Origin: a virus
Lineage: Duplodnaviria; Caudoviricetes
IMG/VR virus record: IMGVR_UViG_3300031418_000003
Reading direction: 5' to 3' (one strand)
DNA: 64,000 bases
This document shows positions 1 through 9,209 of the stretch, in pieces. Each line of letters begins with the position of its first letter. The first letter of the stretch is position 1. The notes under the pieces are model-generated. The model was given only the letters and a program-made list of their open reading frames with translations, had not been told where the DNA came from and did not search any database. The position numbers were made by a program, and so were the translations under genes.

Positions 1-3000
1 TGTTGTCAAAGAGGTTACCACTCGGATCATAAATACTTGCACCGATAGCTGCACCCTCGAATGTCACGGTTCCCGGCGCCGCCCAACTAATTCCGTAATA
101 CGGCATTGCGCAGGCGGTGTTATCAGTTCCCCAATCCTGAACGAAAAGATCACCCAGCTTGGTAATCTCACTACCGTCAGCTTTAATTTCCATTAAGAAA
201 CCAGGGGGTACTGTTCCACCAAATGTGTCATAGCGGACACTTGTCGTCATTAGCACAACATATCCTGACATATCTGGAGAACCATTAACCATCCCTTTAT
301 AAGGCATACCCAGGAAATAAGGCAATGATGCGCCGTTATTCAGATACCTAGGATGACGATAGACGCCGTTTGGTCCACGATTAGGTCGGTACTCAGTTTT
401 AACTGGTGATTTCTGTACACAGGTCGCACTGGTATAAAGTGAGTAACCATTTACTGTTGTCGGATTTCCGGCCGGGGTCAGTGAGGTTACCATTGCTCCC
501 ATGGTGGCATCTCTGCCAATCATTTTCCAGACGATCCAGACAGCATGCCATTCCCCTGAAGAACTCAGAGCCATATGGACAGCCCAAGATTCCCTGACTT
601 GATCCTCGGTAAAGCCCGCTGCCGAGAAGCCCGGTACAATGACATTAGCGATTGTGCTTTTCAGATCAATCGCAATGGAGGGATCCACCGACATGACGCC
701 ATCAGAAGTCTTGATCGATACCTCATACGGCATGATGTAGTCACCTAAGAACTTTCCTGGTCCATTGGGTTCCCCGTTGGGTGAAGCTCCAGTGATGGTG
801 GTATCAGATGTTGCCCCCAAGAACTTCTTCTGATTGCCCGCGTTATTTCTTCCGGGAATAGGCATTTGGGTTCCGGGATAAACCTGGAAACCTAATTTAC
901 ACTTCAGCCCAGCAGGGGTAAAGGGATAGTGCTTCCAACTTCTTCCCTGGAATACCGTTGAGTTACCCGGTGGAACATGATCCCAATTACTGTTCATATA
1001 AGCAACAGGCCGGAAGAACCAACTGGACTCTAATCCCTCAAACTGTCTTACCAAGATTCCTGCTTTGGTGTAGTCGTCGTTATCGGAAGACAACAACCGC
1101 TGAATTGCAAACTGACTGGTCATCCCAATCGGGTTCTTCTCAGTAAACGTTTTCTGATTATAAATCATAGAAAAGTTACTTTCATTATTAGGCGGAAGTA
1201 ACAATGACTTGTAATCGTTGAGAAACGTTGCTTTACCCACACCATAAGCTGGCGGAAATGCTACACCTGCCGTACCCTGAGCAAACTGGACGTATCCGCC
1301 GGTTAACACTGCATTACCTGTCTGGTCCATTCCCTGCGCAGCCACGAAATTAGTAACAACATTCTTAATATAAGAATCCCATTCCTTGGTACCTGTGCTA
1401 TTGATATCAATGGTATATAGTTTGTCAGATCCTGGAGCAGGCGCCACAGTAACAATGAAGTCATTTCCGTTTCTGACAATTTTTAATGTTGCCCTGAACA
1501 CGCACTGATGTTGAACATTACCGGTGGATGACTGAGAACGTCCAATATGTTCATACCGGAAAGAATACTCACCAAAGTTACCATTGTTCAGCCAATATGC
1601 AAAGATAGAACGGAAATTAAGAACATTGACAATCGGTGGGTTGTAAATGGCGTAAGCGGATGTGGTAACAAATTCGCCATTAATTTGCTCAACCTTAGGT
1701 AACCAAGGTGCCCAGTATTTGTCTTTATAATTACCCCAGATAGGGTGGTTATAATCGACGGTAGAGCGTTTAATGGTTCCCGACTTACTGGCGACAATGT
1801 TAAAACTACAGCCCGCATTGATAATCGATCCATCGCCATAGACTTTTCCACCCAGCGTAGCGTAATCAGGATACTGGCTAGGGCGACGCTTAATAAATTC
1901 CTGAACAATGTACGGTTGTACGATACACCAGTAATCACCGTAGTTCTCATCAGCCAATATAGTGGCCAAACTGGAACTCTCATATACATCGCTGATTGTA
2001 TACGGGGCAGCCATATCTTCACTGACCCACTCACCGGATAATGGGATCAGTTTGTGACGATCTGGGTTAAAGGTTCCGTGTGTCTCACACCACCACCAAA
2101 GATTCTTCGTACGGTCGCCTATCACCATGACATAACGGTTAGACCCGTTGATGATGGTGTCAAGGGTAGCACCCGCTGCTGTAGCGGTTGGGTGCTGATA
2201 CATGTACGAGGTGAAGTCGTAGTTAGGATCAGTCTGTTGCCAGTTAGTACAACGAATAAAATACAAGCCGCGATACTTACCGTTATTACGGTGAGTCATC
2301 ACCAACAAGGTACCATCGGTTTCTACCACTGCCCCACTGCGGCGACTGGTCCCACCTAACCCTTCAAAACTACCAGCAATGGTCGGGGGAATAAAGGTAT
2401 CCGAACCGTAACGCAGAATCGGCAATGAACCAGAAGGGAACAATTTATCATTACGTCCTGAGGAAGCCTCAGCCGCTTTTGCAGCGTTGTAAACAGTAAT
2501 GCGTAAATCGTCACGGGTTCCTTCTAATGTCTCTTCCAGGGTTGCTACACGCACGTTGGCAACATTACCCAGACCGATATCACTCTTATTAACACCGTGA
2601 GCGTCTTGCTTGTTAGCGATATGACTATTCAGTAGCTTAGTCAAGACTTGTTTATAGCCGTTGATATAGACTTCCAGGTGATCTTGGAAACTCTCCAACA
2701 TAAAGTCAGTTGCCGAGCTGGTCGATGCCACATAGGTTGCAATACGATTCAGTTCACGAACCAGGTCAGTGAACCCGAAGATATCGTACGCCAGATCTTG
2801 CTGATGGATCTCAGGAATAAACCACAACGGTTTGTTATCGATATTACCCCACATTACAAAACGGTCATCCTGGTAGATGCTCTGCAGCATGTTCAGGATT
2901 TCATTTGTAATGGCATTGAAGTTACCGACAACCTGATAATCCATCTTCCATTCGAGAATGGAATCATTCAGGATGCGAACAAAAAGACCCACGGGCTTGC

Positions 3001-3238
3001 CGGTATATTGAGTGAGTTTACCCATGATACCGTAGAACTCGTAGTCAGTGCCTTCCACCAGTAACTTGCCTGCTTTATCATACATCTTAAAAGACTTCTG
3101 ATAGAACGGGGATTTGGGTGGAATGAAGATCTGATTGTTCTTGATGTCGGTGCGGGATTTAGATTCTTGTAACACCAGGTTGAATTTTGAGTTCCCGGTG
3201 AGATCAAGTTTATATAAAGGAATATCTTCTTTGATCAT
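1..3238 (-). CDS. Large tail fibre / baseplate-associated virion protein, >1079 aa, truncated at left window edge (not in ORF track)
   Basis: Manual translation from ATG at 3238 (AAGG upstream): MIKEDIPLYKLDLTGNSKFNLV... read open to position 2 (...SGNLFDN). Contains fibre-type motif AHGVNKSDIGLGNVAN and PLWFIPEIHQQDLAYDIFGF, followed by a beta-rich W/Y/G-rich region. Confidence 0.8.
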   Translation of the reverse strand, partial: MIKEDIPLYKLDLTGNSKFNLVLQESKSRTDIKNNQIFIPPKSPFYQKSFKMYDKAGKLLVEGTDYEFYGIMGKLTQYTGKPVGLFVRILNDSILEWKMDYQVVGNFNAITNEILNMLQSIYQDDRFVMWGNIDNKPLWFIPEIHQQDLAYDIFGFTDLVRELNRIATYVASTSSATDFMLESFQDHLEVYINGYKQVLTKLLNSHIANKQDAHGVNKSDIGLGNVANVRVATLEETLEGTRDDLRITVYNAAKAAEASSGRNDKLFPSGSLPILRYGSDTFIPPTIAGSFEGLGGTSRRSGAVVETDGTLLVMTHRNNGKYRGLYFIRCTNWQQTDPNYDFTSYMYQHPTATAAGATLDTIINGSNRYVMVIGDRTKNLWWWCETHGTFNPDRHKLIPLSGEWVSEDMAAPYTISDVYESSSLATILADENYGDYWCIVQPYIVQEFIKRRPSQYPDYATLGGKVYGDGSIINAGCSFNIVASKSGTIKRSTVDYNHPIWGNYKDKYWAPWLPKVEQINGEFVTTSAYAIYNPPIVNVLNFRSIFAYWLNNGNFGEYSFRYEHIGRSQSSTGNVQHQCVFRATLKIVRNGNDFIVTVAPAPGSDKLYTIDINSTGTKEWDSYIKNVVTNFVAAQGMDQTGNAVLTGGYVQFAQGTAGVAFPPAYGVGKATFLNDYKSLLLPPNNESNFSMIYNQKTFTEKNPIGMTSQFAIQRLLSSDNDDYTKAGILVRQFEGLESSWFFRPVAYMNSNWDHVPPGNSTVFQGRSWKHYPFTPAGLKCKLGFQVYPGTQMPIPGRNNAGNQKKFLGATSDTTITGASPNGEPNGPGKFLGDYIMPYEVSIKTSDGVMSVDPSIAIDLKSTIANVIVPGFSAAGFTEDQVRESWAVHMALSSSGEWHAVWIVWKMIGRDATMGAMVTSLTPAGNPTTVNGYSLYTSATCVQKSPVKTEYRPNRGPNGVYRHPRYLNNGASLPYFLGMPYKGMVNGSPDMSGYVVLMTTSVRYDTFGGTVPPGFLMEIKADGSEITKLGDLFVQDWGTDNTACAMPYYGISWAAPGTVTFEGAAIGASIYDPSGNLFDN

Positions 3239-3258
3239 TGTACAAAGACCTTATAAAT

Positions 3259-3285
3259 CTTAACTGGGGAGATACCCCAGTTAAG
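3259..3285. terminator. Intergenic hairpin CTTAACTGGGG-agata-CCCCAGTTAAG
   Basis: Perfect 11-bp inverted repeat between two - strand genes; no strong U-tract. Confidence 0.5.
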
Positions 3286-3292
3286 GATAAAA

Positions 3293-4054
3293 TTATTGCC
3301 ATTCACCAGTTTGGTAACTACGAATCATTGCTTTAATGAAAGCCACATTACCGAGAAGTTCAGTAGAGTTACCTTTCATGTCATCCGGATATTTCGCCAT
3401 TGCCCAATCACCCAGGTTGTTGACACCCAACATTGAGAGATCGGCTTTGTGTGCATCCTGAAGATCATCTTCCAGGTGTTTCTGGAAGCGACTCATCCAC
3501 GTTGCATCCGGGTTCTGCAACACCGCATTCATATAAGACTGCATCCAGACAATCAGGTCGCCGTAGTTCATGGTGTCTGACGCAGGATGCTGATGCGGAT
3601 CCGCAGGCCAAGTTAGCGGCAGGTTAACGATGTTGTTCCAATCTGTAGTGCGTGGAGCATTCAGCTGATTAGCCACTGCTTCGGCATACGCCAGATCACT
3701 CAGCACAAAGTCACCACCAATGGTGTCGTACTCAATGATGAAATCGGTTGGCGTACTGACACCTTTAACCTGAACCGCACCCCACGCTAAACGATTGTAT
3801 CGCTCGTTAAATGCACCAAAGGGATAAAGGAAAGTATAATCGCCAGCTTCGAAAGATAAGGCACGACCAGACTCTTTTAATTTGATGACGAAGTTACGAC
3901 TGAAGAAAGGACCACAACGGGGAACAATAATTCCTGAGCCATTGGTATCAGCCTGTTGCTCCTCACCCGTTACTCGGTTGGCCACATTATCTTGGAACGG
4001 GTTCCAGGTATACGTGATCTTACCCAGCACAGTAAGTTTTGCATCATTTGACAT
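3293..4054 (-). CDS. Baseplate/tail-fibre-associated virion protein
   Basis: 253-aa ORF; PADPHQHPASDTMNYGDL and AHKADLSMLGVNNL resemble motifs in the N-terminus of the adjacent fibre gene. Confidence 0.6.
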   Translation of the reverse strand: MSNDAKLTVLGKITYTWNPFQDNVANRVTGEEQQADTNGSGIIVPRCGPFFSRNFVIKLKESGRALSFEAGDYTFLYPFGAFNERYNRLAWGAVQVKGVSTPTDFIIEYDTIGGDFVLSDLAYAEAVANQLNAPRTTDWNNIVNLPLTWPADPHQHPASDTMNYGDLIVWMQSYMNAVLQNPDATWMSRFQKHLEDDLQDAHKADLSMLGVNNLGDWAMAKYPDDMKGNSTELLGNVAFIKAMIRSYQTGEWQ

Positions 4055-4090
4055 TCACTATGTTCCTCTGAAAAAAGGGTTTTTTAACGC

Positions 4091-5314
4091 ATGTACACTT
4101 ATAAATATTCGGTGGGGCGATATAAAAACTATAGACCGGGATACCACATTGTGGACATCTCGGAATACAGTGTTGCAGATCTAGAGAAATTGTTCGACAT
4201 TCTTTATATCGTCATTAATGATGGCTTTTATAAAGTTGACATGTCTATCGCTCTTGAAGATTATCGCTTTTCATTCGCCACCAATCCATCGATGAATATC
4301 GGGGAGTGGTTAACATCCCAAAATGGAAATAACCTTAAGTCAGCGGGAGTCTTCCCAGGTGACACGTACCAGTATGTTAAGCTGGAAAGGATATTCACTT
4401 ATGGGTATTTCCATTATCCTGCCGATTTAAATCTTGCAAATGATAGGCAGGCTGACTTACTTTCAGATGCTGCACCAGACGTCCGAATCGAACATTACAT
4501 GTACCATAATTTAGATTATGGAAAGATGAACGATTACGCGCTCTTTACAGTGAACGGCATCTTTATGCGTTCAGTTGCAAGGAGTGACGGGATATTCTTA
4601 AAAGGTGCCGGTCTGGATTACATTCAACACCGAAACGATTTACGGATTGGTGCCCTGAATTTCCAGAAGCTCGGTAAAGTAAAAACAGTTCCTATTACAG
4701 ATGACTTGCTCACAGAAGAAATCTTTGACGGCGGTAAACGTTGGTCTTGCCAGTTGGACGACATTTCAGGTAAAACTATTTATGTCGTGGTGAACGGTCA
4801 GTTCATGGTTGATCCTGGAATTGTGTATCGTGTTGCGGAGAATCGTGTGGTTATTGATTTAACCTCTTTTGATGTCGCGCACCACTATCTCAATTATAAG
4901 GAGTATACACGTACTCCAAAATTAACTGTCCTCAGTAAATTTGAAACCTATAAACGCCAGGCATTAACGGCGCACAACAGTTTCTTTGTTATTGTTGACA
5001 ATCCAAGTTTGGGAATCGATGTAACACCATTGACGACCTTCCACTATCCTAATGCCTTGCACACCACTGATCGTTTTGAGCATCCGGTCGTGTTGGACAA
5101 TGGGATGTTCCCGACTCCGTATATTAAGTCTTACGGAATCAAGCAACGTTTGTTAAACCACGACCTACGAGTCTATAAGAAATATCCTTTCATGACTGCA
5201 GGTTCACTGGGTAGTAATGTTCTGCTTAACGAAGCAGTTAATCAGGGCAATCCGGGTACGCTTTCAAAAGGATGGCACTTTAAGATTCATGGCGTTACAT
5301 TAAAGGCTTCTTAA
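4091..5314 (+). CDS. Conserved phiKZ-like putative virion structural protein
   Basis: 407-aa ORF; YALFTVNGIF-type segment; located in tail cluster. Confidence 0.55.
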   Translation: MYTYKYSVGRYKNYRPGYHIVDISEYSVADLEKLFDILYIVINDGFYKVDMSIALEDYRFSFATNPSMNIGEWLTSQNGNNLKSAGVFPGDTYQYVKLERIFTYGYFHYPADLNLANDRQADLLSDAAPDVRIEHYMYHNLDYGKMNDYALFTVNGIFMRSVARSDGIFLKGAGLDYIQHRNDLRIGALNFQKLGKVKTVPITDDLLTEEIFDGGKRWSCQLDDISGKTIYVVVNGQFMVDPGIVYRVAENRVVIDLTSFDVAHHYLNYKEYTRTPKLTVLSKFETYKRQALTAHNSFFVIVDNPSLGIDVTPLTTFHYPNALHTTDRFEHPVVLDNGMFPTPYIKSYGIKQRLLNHDLRVYKKYPFMTAGSLGSNVLLNEAVNQGNPGTLSKGWHFKIHGVTLKAS

Positions 5315-5757
5315 TGAGTGAGAAATTAAAAGCACTTAACACAATCGGGATATGGATCATTGTCCTGGTTGTTGTGGGATATCTGTTCTTCAAACCGTCT
5401 AACGCACTGAATAAAGAAACAATGAATCAACTCACGACCGTTGTTAATAATTTATCAGTGGCATCGGAAAACATGACCAAGCTGGCTAATGCGCAGCGTG
5501 CTTGGTTTGATGACCTTAAGAGCCGTGCTCAAACGGGTGAGCTTGAAAGGAATAATAACTACGGGACTGTGTATGAAAAGTATGGCTACGGGACTAACCA
5601 AGATGCTGGGTTGTCTCTTGATGATTTTTACAATAGTCGGGTGCAGCCACAAACCAACGATCTCGGAAGCGGACACGTACGTCCAGTCGAGAACGGAAAT
5701 AGCAAAGCTGGATCTGTACAAAAGTCAGATAGCCAACCTCAAAGACAGTCTCATTGA
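5314..5757 (+). CDS. Rz: Inner-membrane spanin (i-spanin)
   Basis: Single N-terminal TM helix (IGIWIIVLVVVGYLFF) followed by a coiled-coil-like region; overlapped in another frame by a lipoprotein gene. Confidence 0.7.
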   Translation: MSEKLKALNTIGIWIIVLVVVGYLFFKPSNALNKETMNQLTTVVNNLSVASENMTKLANAQRAWFDDLKSRAQTGELERNNNYGTVYEKYGYGTNQDAGLSLDDFYNSRVQPQTNDLGSGHVRPVENGNSKAGSVQKSDSQPQRQSH

Positions 5758-6091
5758 TATACCGTCAAACGTATACAGTAAAGACTGGAAGAAACGTGAC
5801 TCCAACGTTGGGAAATTAGATTACTACCTTTCTAACAACGATTGTCAAGCAGCTGCTGATTTCCAGGGATGTTACCGTGAGACCCGACTCCTTTTGATTA
5901 CAACCACAAAAGAGTTGGATGCGGCTAACGATAAGATTAATCTGCTTAATGAAGTCATTGATAAGATGACCGGTAATGTGTCGTCTATTATTGATAACCT
6001 CGATAATGATAAAGCACAACAGATTAGTCTCAAAGATAAAGTTGTGGGTACGGTTACGGATAACACGAAAGCCCTTTTGAATAAAAAATAA
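5573..6091 (+). CDS. Rz1: Outer-membrane lipoprotein spanin (o-spanin), overlapping the i-spanin
   Basis: Start re-assigned to ATG 5573 (or 5603): MKSMATGLTKMLGCLLMIFTIVG/C, lipobox IVGC with Cys codon at 5642-5644; two further Cys; begins inside the Rz-like gene. Confidence 0.7.
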   Translation: MKSMATGLTKMLGCLLMIFTIVGCSHKPTISEADTYVQSRTEIAKLDLYKSQIANLKDSLIDIPSNVYSKDWKKRDSNVGKLDYYLSNNDCQAAADFQGCYRETRLLLITTTKELDAANDKINLLNEVIDKMTGNVSSIIDNLDNDKAQQISLKDKVVGTVTDNTKALLNKK

Positions 6092-6102
6092 AACAAACAT
6101 AT

Positions 6103-6132
6103 ACCCTACCCTCCGATCAGGAAGGGTAGGGT
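6103..6132. terminator. Conserved-family palindromic hairpin (copy 1)
   Basis: ACCCTACCCT-cc gatca gg a-AGGGTAGGGT between convergent genes. Confidence 0.75.
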
Positions 6133-6139
6133 GGTATGT

Positions 6140-6814
6140 CTATCTTTGTGTTGACAACATTGCTGCTAAACGATTTCGCCATACATCAATTGCACTGGTT
6201 CCCTTGATTACCGCATTCAGTGTCGCATTGGCACGAACGAAGTTCCAAGAAGTGATAATCGGCCCAAACACAATTATAAACAACTGGGCATCTCCTGGAA
6301 GGACATGATCAGTTAACATTGAATCGTGTATTGTCCAAGTGAACAGTAAACTACAAAAGCAAATAACATGAGTAGAGATCGCTCCTGCAATGGCTCTCAA
6401 CAAAACCGTTGTAGGACCCACAATCTCACGTTCAAATGCTATATCGTGTTGCGAGACAATACCCACAGCAGGCGCCACAGTCACTGGTGGTTGTTCGGGG
6501 ACAACACTACCATCACCTGCCGGCTTACCTTCTAGTTCGTCCGTCACACCCACGATAGTTGAAATAATAGATTTGGCATTAACAAAGTTTATCGTAATGA
6601 TAATAGGACCGATGATCATTAACAACCCTGTCATGAACTCTGGCCACGGTGCTCTGTTGACTGTTACACTGACGTGAACAGACCAAATAAAGATCACACT
6701 CATTACGGACACTGTTAAGCACGAATTAAACCCAGAGACCGCCCGGAGTACCACCGGTATACGATCCCAAGGTTTAACTTCGTAATTGGTTTTAACCTTT
6801 AAGGCAGGTGCCAT
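6140..6814 (-). CDS. Four-TM membrane protein with internal duplication (possible holin/antiholin or other membrane protein)
   Basis: Two similar hydrophobic halves: VLRAVSG..IFIWSVH..IIGPIIITINFVNA and LLRAIAG..LFTWTIH..VFGPIITSWNFVRA. Confidence 0.55.
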   Translation of the reverse strand: MAPALKVKTNYEVKPWDRIPVVLRAVSGFNSCLTVSVMSVIFIWSVHVSVTVNRAPWPEFMTGLLMIIGPIIITINFVNAKSIISTIVGVTDELEGKPAGDGSVVPEQPPVTVAPAVGIVSQHDIAFEREIVGPTTVLLRAIAGAISTHVICFCSLLFTWTIHDSMLTDHVLPGDAQLFIIVFGPIITSWNFVRANATLNAVIKGTSAIDVWRNRLAAMLSTQR

Positions 6815-7367
6815 CGAACACGTCCCAACCTAAGTCTTTGTAATATTGCACAGCAACATACAACGCAATGAGGATCCCGTCATTAGCGTGCTCAGTAAGA
6901 GTGTCCAAATCAAATCCATTCAGATCCAGGAACGGGCAGTCACGCAACCCTTTGGTTACATCATCCTTAGTGGTCCCACGGAAATCGACCTTAACAATTT
7001 GTTTAGCCAAACGTGGTAACACTAATTTAAAGGGGGTGTCTGCTTTATTCGTTACGGTATAGATGTTCAGGTAAGACACTACTTCAATGAGTCGTTTAAA
7101 ACTGGCTGGGTTGACGCCTAAGAAGTTATCTTCACAACCTACTACGGTTGGGTCGATCATATCGAACACATGCCCGTAAGCGCGTGTAAGTCCTTTAGCG
7201 CGGGTTTGTGATGGATTGTCAGCACGAACCCCAAACTCATTATGCTCGCCACTTAAGGTATCGGCATAAATCAGTTTAAACTTCTTTCTCTCATAACAAT
7301 CCACTTCCAATGCAGCGGCACCGAGCTGACCAGTGCCTGGGTCAATCCCTAAGATTTTAACACTCAT
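6792..7367 (-). CDS. ruvC: RuvC-like Holliday junction resolvase
   Basis: N-terminal ILGIDPG, central VGCEDNF, AKQIV..GTTKDDV and C-terminal HANDGILIAL match RuvC catalytic motifs. Confidence 0.9.
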   Translation of the reverse strand: MSVKILGIDPGTGQLGAAALEVDCYERKKFKLIYADTLSGEHNEFGVRADNPSQTRAKGLTRAYGHVFDMIDPTVVGCEDNFLGVNPASFKRLIEVVSYLNIYTVTNKADTPFKLVLPRLAKQIVKVDFRGTTKDDVTKGLRDCPFLDLNGFDLDTLTEHANDGILIALYVAVQYYKDLGWDVFDGTCLKG

Positions 7368-7371
7368 AATT

Positions 7372-7998
7372 TTATCTCACAACAAGTGCATGGAGTTTAT
7401 ACTCCCCATACAACATTAACTCCACCACAGCTAAACACTTAGCCTCAGGATTGAAGTTATAAACGCCCGGAGCATCCGCACCAGCACCAAAGTACCGTAA
7501 TACGAAATACGCCGTCGTGCATCCCTGACTTGGGTTCGAGGTCCAGCCATCCCCGACGTTGTAGTTGTTGAGTAAAGTCATCAATTTGTATGACGTATCC
7601 CCACCAACCACACCTGAGTTATAACGCACGTCAAGACGCACATCTTTTAAAAACTCAAGCTCTTTTTCACTATTTATGATAATGCCAAAATTCTTGATAA
7701 CAGGATCAAAAACAAAGGCTTTGGGGTGTTCTACGGTTTCATTGATTCCGGTCAGTACTGGGAGATTACTTCCAGAGTCAATCACCACCCAAACTAATCC
7801 ACCTGTTGATGCGTTTACGATGTCGAGACAAAGCAAGCCATCGCTGTTAATGTACGCTAAACGATCTTCATAATTATTGGGATCGAGTGTCAACCCGTAT
7901 TTATCATTGATGGTACTGATAATCGCCTTGACGGTTGACCACTTACTTAACGGCACATCTAAAGGGGAACTAGGTTGGGACTTATCGGGTTCTGCCAT
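7372..7998 (-). CDS. Hypothetical protein (possibly virion-associated)
   Basis: 208-aa ORF in a - strand operon. Confidence 0.6.
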   Translation of the reverse strand: MAEPDKSQPSSPLDVPLSKWSTVKAIISTINDKYGLTLDPNNYEDRLAYINSDGLLCLDIVNASTGGLVWVVIDSGSNLPVLTGINETVEHPKAFVFDPVIKNFGIIINSEKELEFLKDVRLDVRYNSGVVGGDTSYKLMTLLNNYNVGDGWTSNPSQGCTTAYFVLRYFGAGADAPGVYNFNPEAKCLAVVELMLYGEYKLHALVVR

Positions 7999-8015
7999 AA
8001 TAAGTCCCTTCTTTA

Positions 8016-8945
8016 TTAGCTAACGTTAGCCGCTGCCAATGCATCCGCACCAATCAGAAGTGGGAGTGAGTTACCGTACCAGAAGAACCATGGCATCTTG
8101 TTGTTTGCGTTAGCATCGCGCGCATACGCTTCAGTGATCTGGTAAGAGACCGCACAAGAAGTCAGTTCTTTGTAGTTTACAGTGGCACCTGTATCAACTT
8201 GACCTTCATTAGTCGTTTCGATACCGTAACACATGTAGACTTCATTGACCGCTGCTTTGCCTTCATCGTTAAACAGAATACGACAAACGTTACGCAGTTC
8301 TTCCAAATCGTTACTGTCCAGAGACAGGTCAATCTTACCAGTACCGTTAATATAAGTATTGGTGATTGGAACGTTGTTGGTCGAGGTCAGCTGATAAGGG
8401 GTCGGTGACAGGTCTGCTTCACGCGGCACATATTCGCGTTCAGTTTCATTGCCTGTAGCCGGATCACGTTCACCCACTTTCATGGTTGGATCAAATTCGG
8501 TAAAGCCCGCCAGCTTGAGCCAGTACAAAATATAAATATCATCACCGATCTTGCGAACTTCACGGATGCGATAATTATCACGAACAGTAGGGTCCAGATC
8601 GTTACCCAGTTTACGAGCAACCATTGGAATCGGATAGAATGCAGCGAAGTCCACAGCTTTGTGCTGATAAACCTGGCGACCTTCTAAACCAAAGCTGTCT
8701 TCCCCAATTGCACGGGAACCACCGATACCGACACCAAAGTAACCCAGTTGGAAATCACGGCCTTTCTTACGACCCAGTGACTCATCTGCCAGAATGCCGT
8801 ATTTCTCATTCAGCGTGGTGTTCTTTGGAATATTAACAGTTTGGTTGCAAGACAACGCGGCATTGATAATCAGACCCATGCCAGTGGCAGACACCAACTG
8901 GTTAGGCAATTTCTGACTATCACGACCTGTAGAATCAGCCATCAT
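8016..8945 (-). CDS. Conserved phiKZ-like virion (baseplate region) protein
   Basis: 309-aa ORF with TLNEKYGI, YFGVGIGG and YWLK motifs recalled from phiKZ-like virion proteins. Confidence 0.65.
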   Translation of the reverse strand: MMADSTGRDSQKLPNQLVSATGMGLIINAALSCNQTVNIPKNTTLNEKYGILADESLGRKKGRDFQLGYFGVGIGGSRAIGEDSFGLEGRQVYQHKAVDFAAFYPIPMVARKLGNDLDPTVRDNYRIREVRKIGDDIYILYWLKLAGFTEFDPTMKVGERDPATGNETEREYVPREADLSPTPYQLTSTNNVPITNTYINGTGKIDLSLDSNDLEELRNVCRILFNDEGKAAVNEVYMCYGIETTNEGQVDTGATVNYKELTSCAVSYQITEAYARDANANNKMPWFFWYGNSLPLLIGADALAAANVS

Positions 8946-8951
8946 ATTTCC

Positions 8952-9209
8952 TTAAGTAATGTACTTACGATATTTAATTTTAAATTGACCGCAATAAATC
9001 GGACACTCAGGATGGATACGGATAAGGTATCCTCCTGTGACGTGCTCAATCGATTCAATGTCGGTAGAATAGAGTTCGGTCCCTATAAAAGAACGTACAA
9101 GCCTCACAACATCCGAAGGGGTAATTTCCTCGAGTGATGTCTTAAGGCTGTGCTTAGTAATAAAGCCCAAATTCTGTTTAGTGAGGGAGGGTGTTCTCCA
9201 CTTCGCCAT
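8952..9209 (-). CDS. Small hypothetical protein
   Basis: ATG at 9209 (MAKWRTPS), overlaps the end of the upstream baseplate gene. Confidence 0.55.
   Translation of the reverse strand: MAKWRTPSLTKQNLGFITKHSLKTSLEEITPSDVVRLVRSFIGTELYSTDIESIEHVTGGYLIRIHPECPIYCGQFKIKYRKYIT

Noticed and set aside
399-3207. Short ORFs listed in 399-3207 on both strands
   Set aside because: They are shadow or alternative-frame ORFs of the long - strand gene <1-3238.
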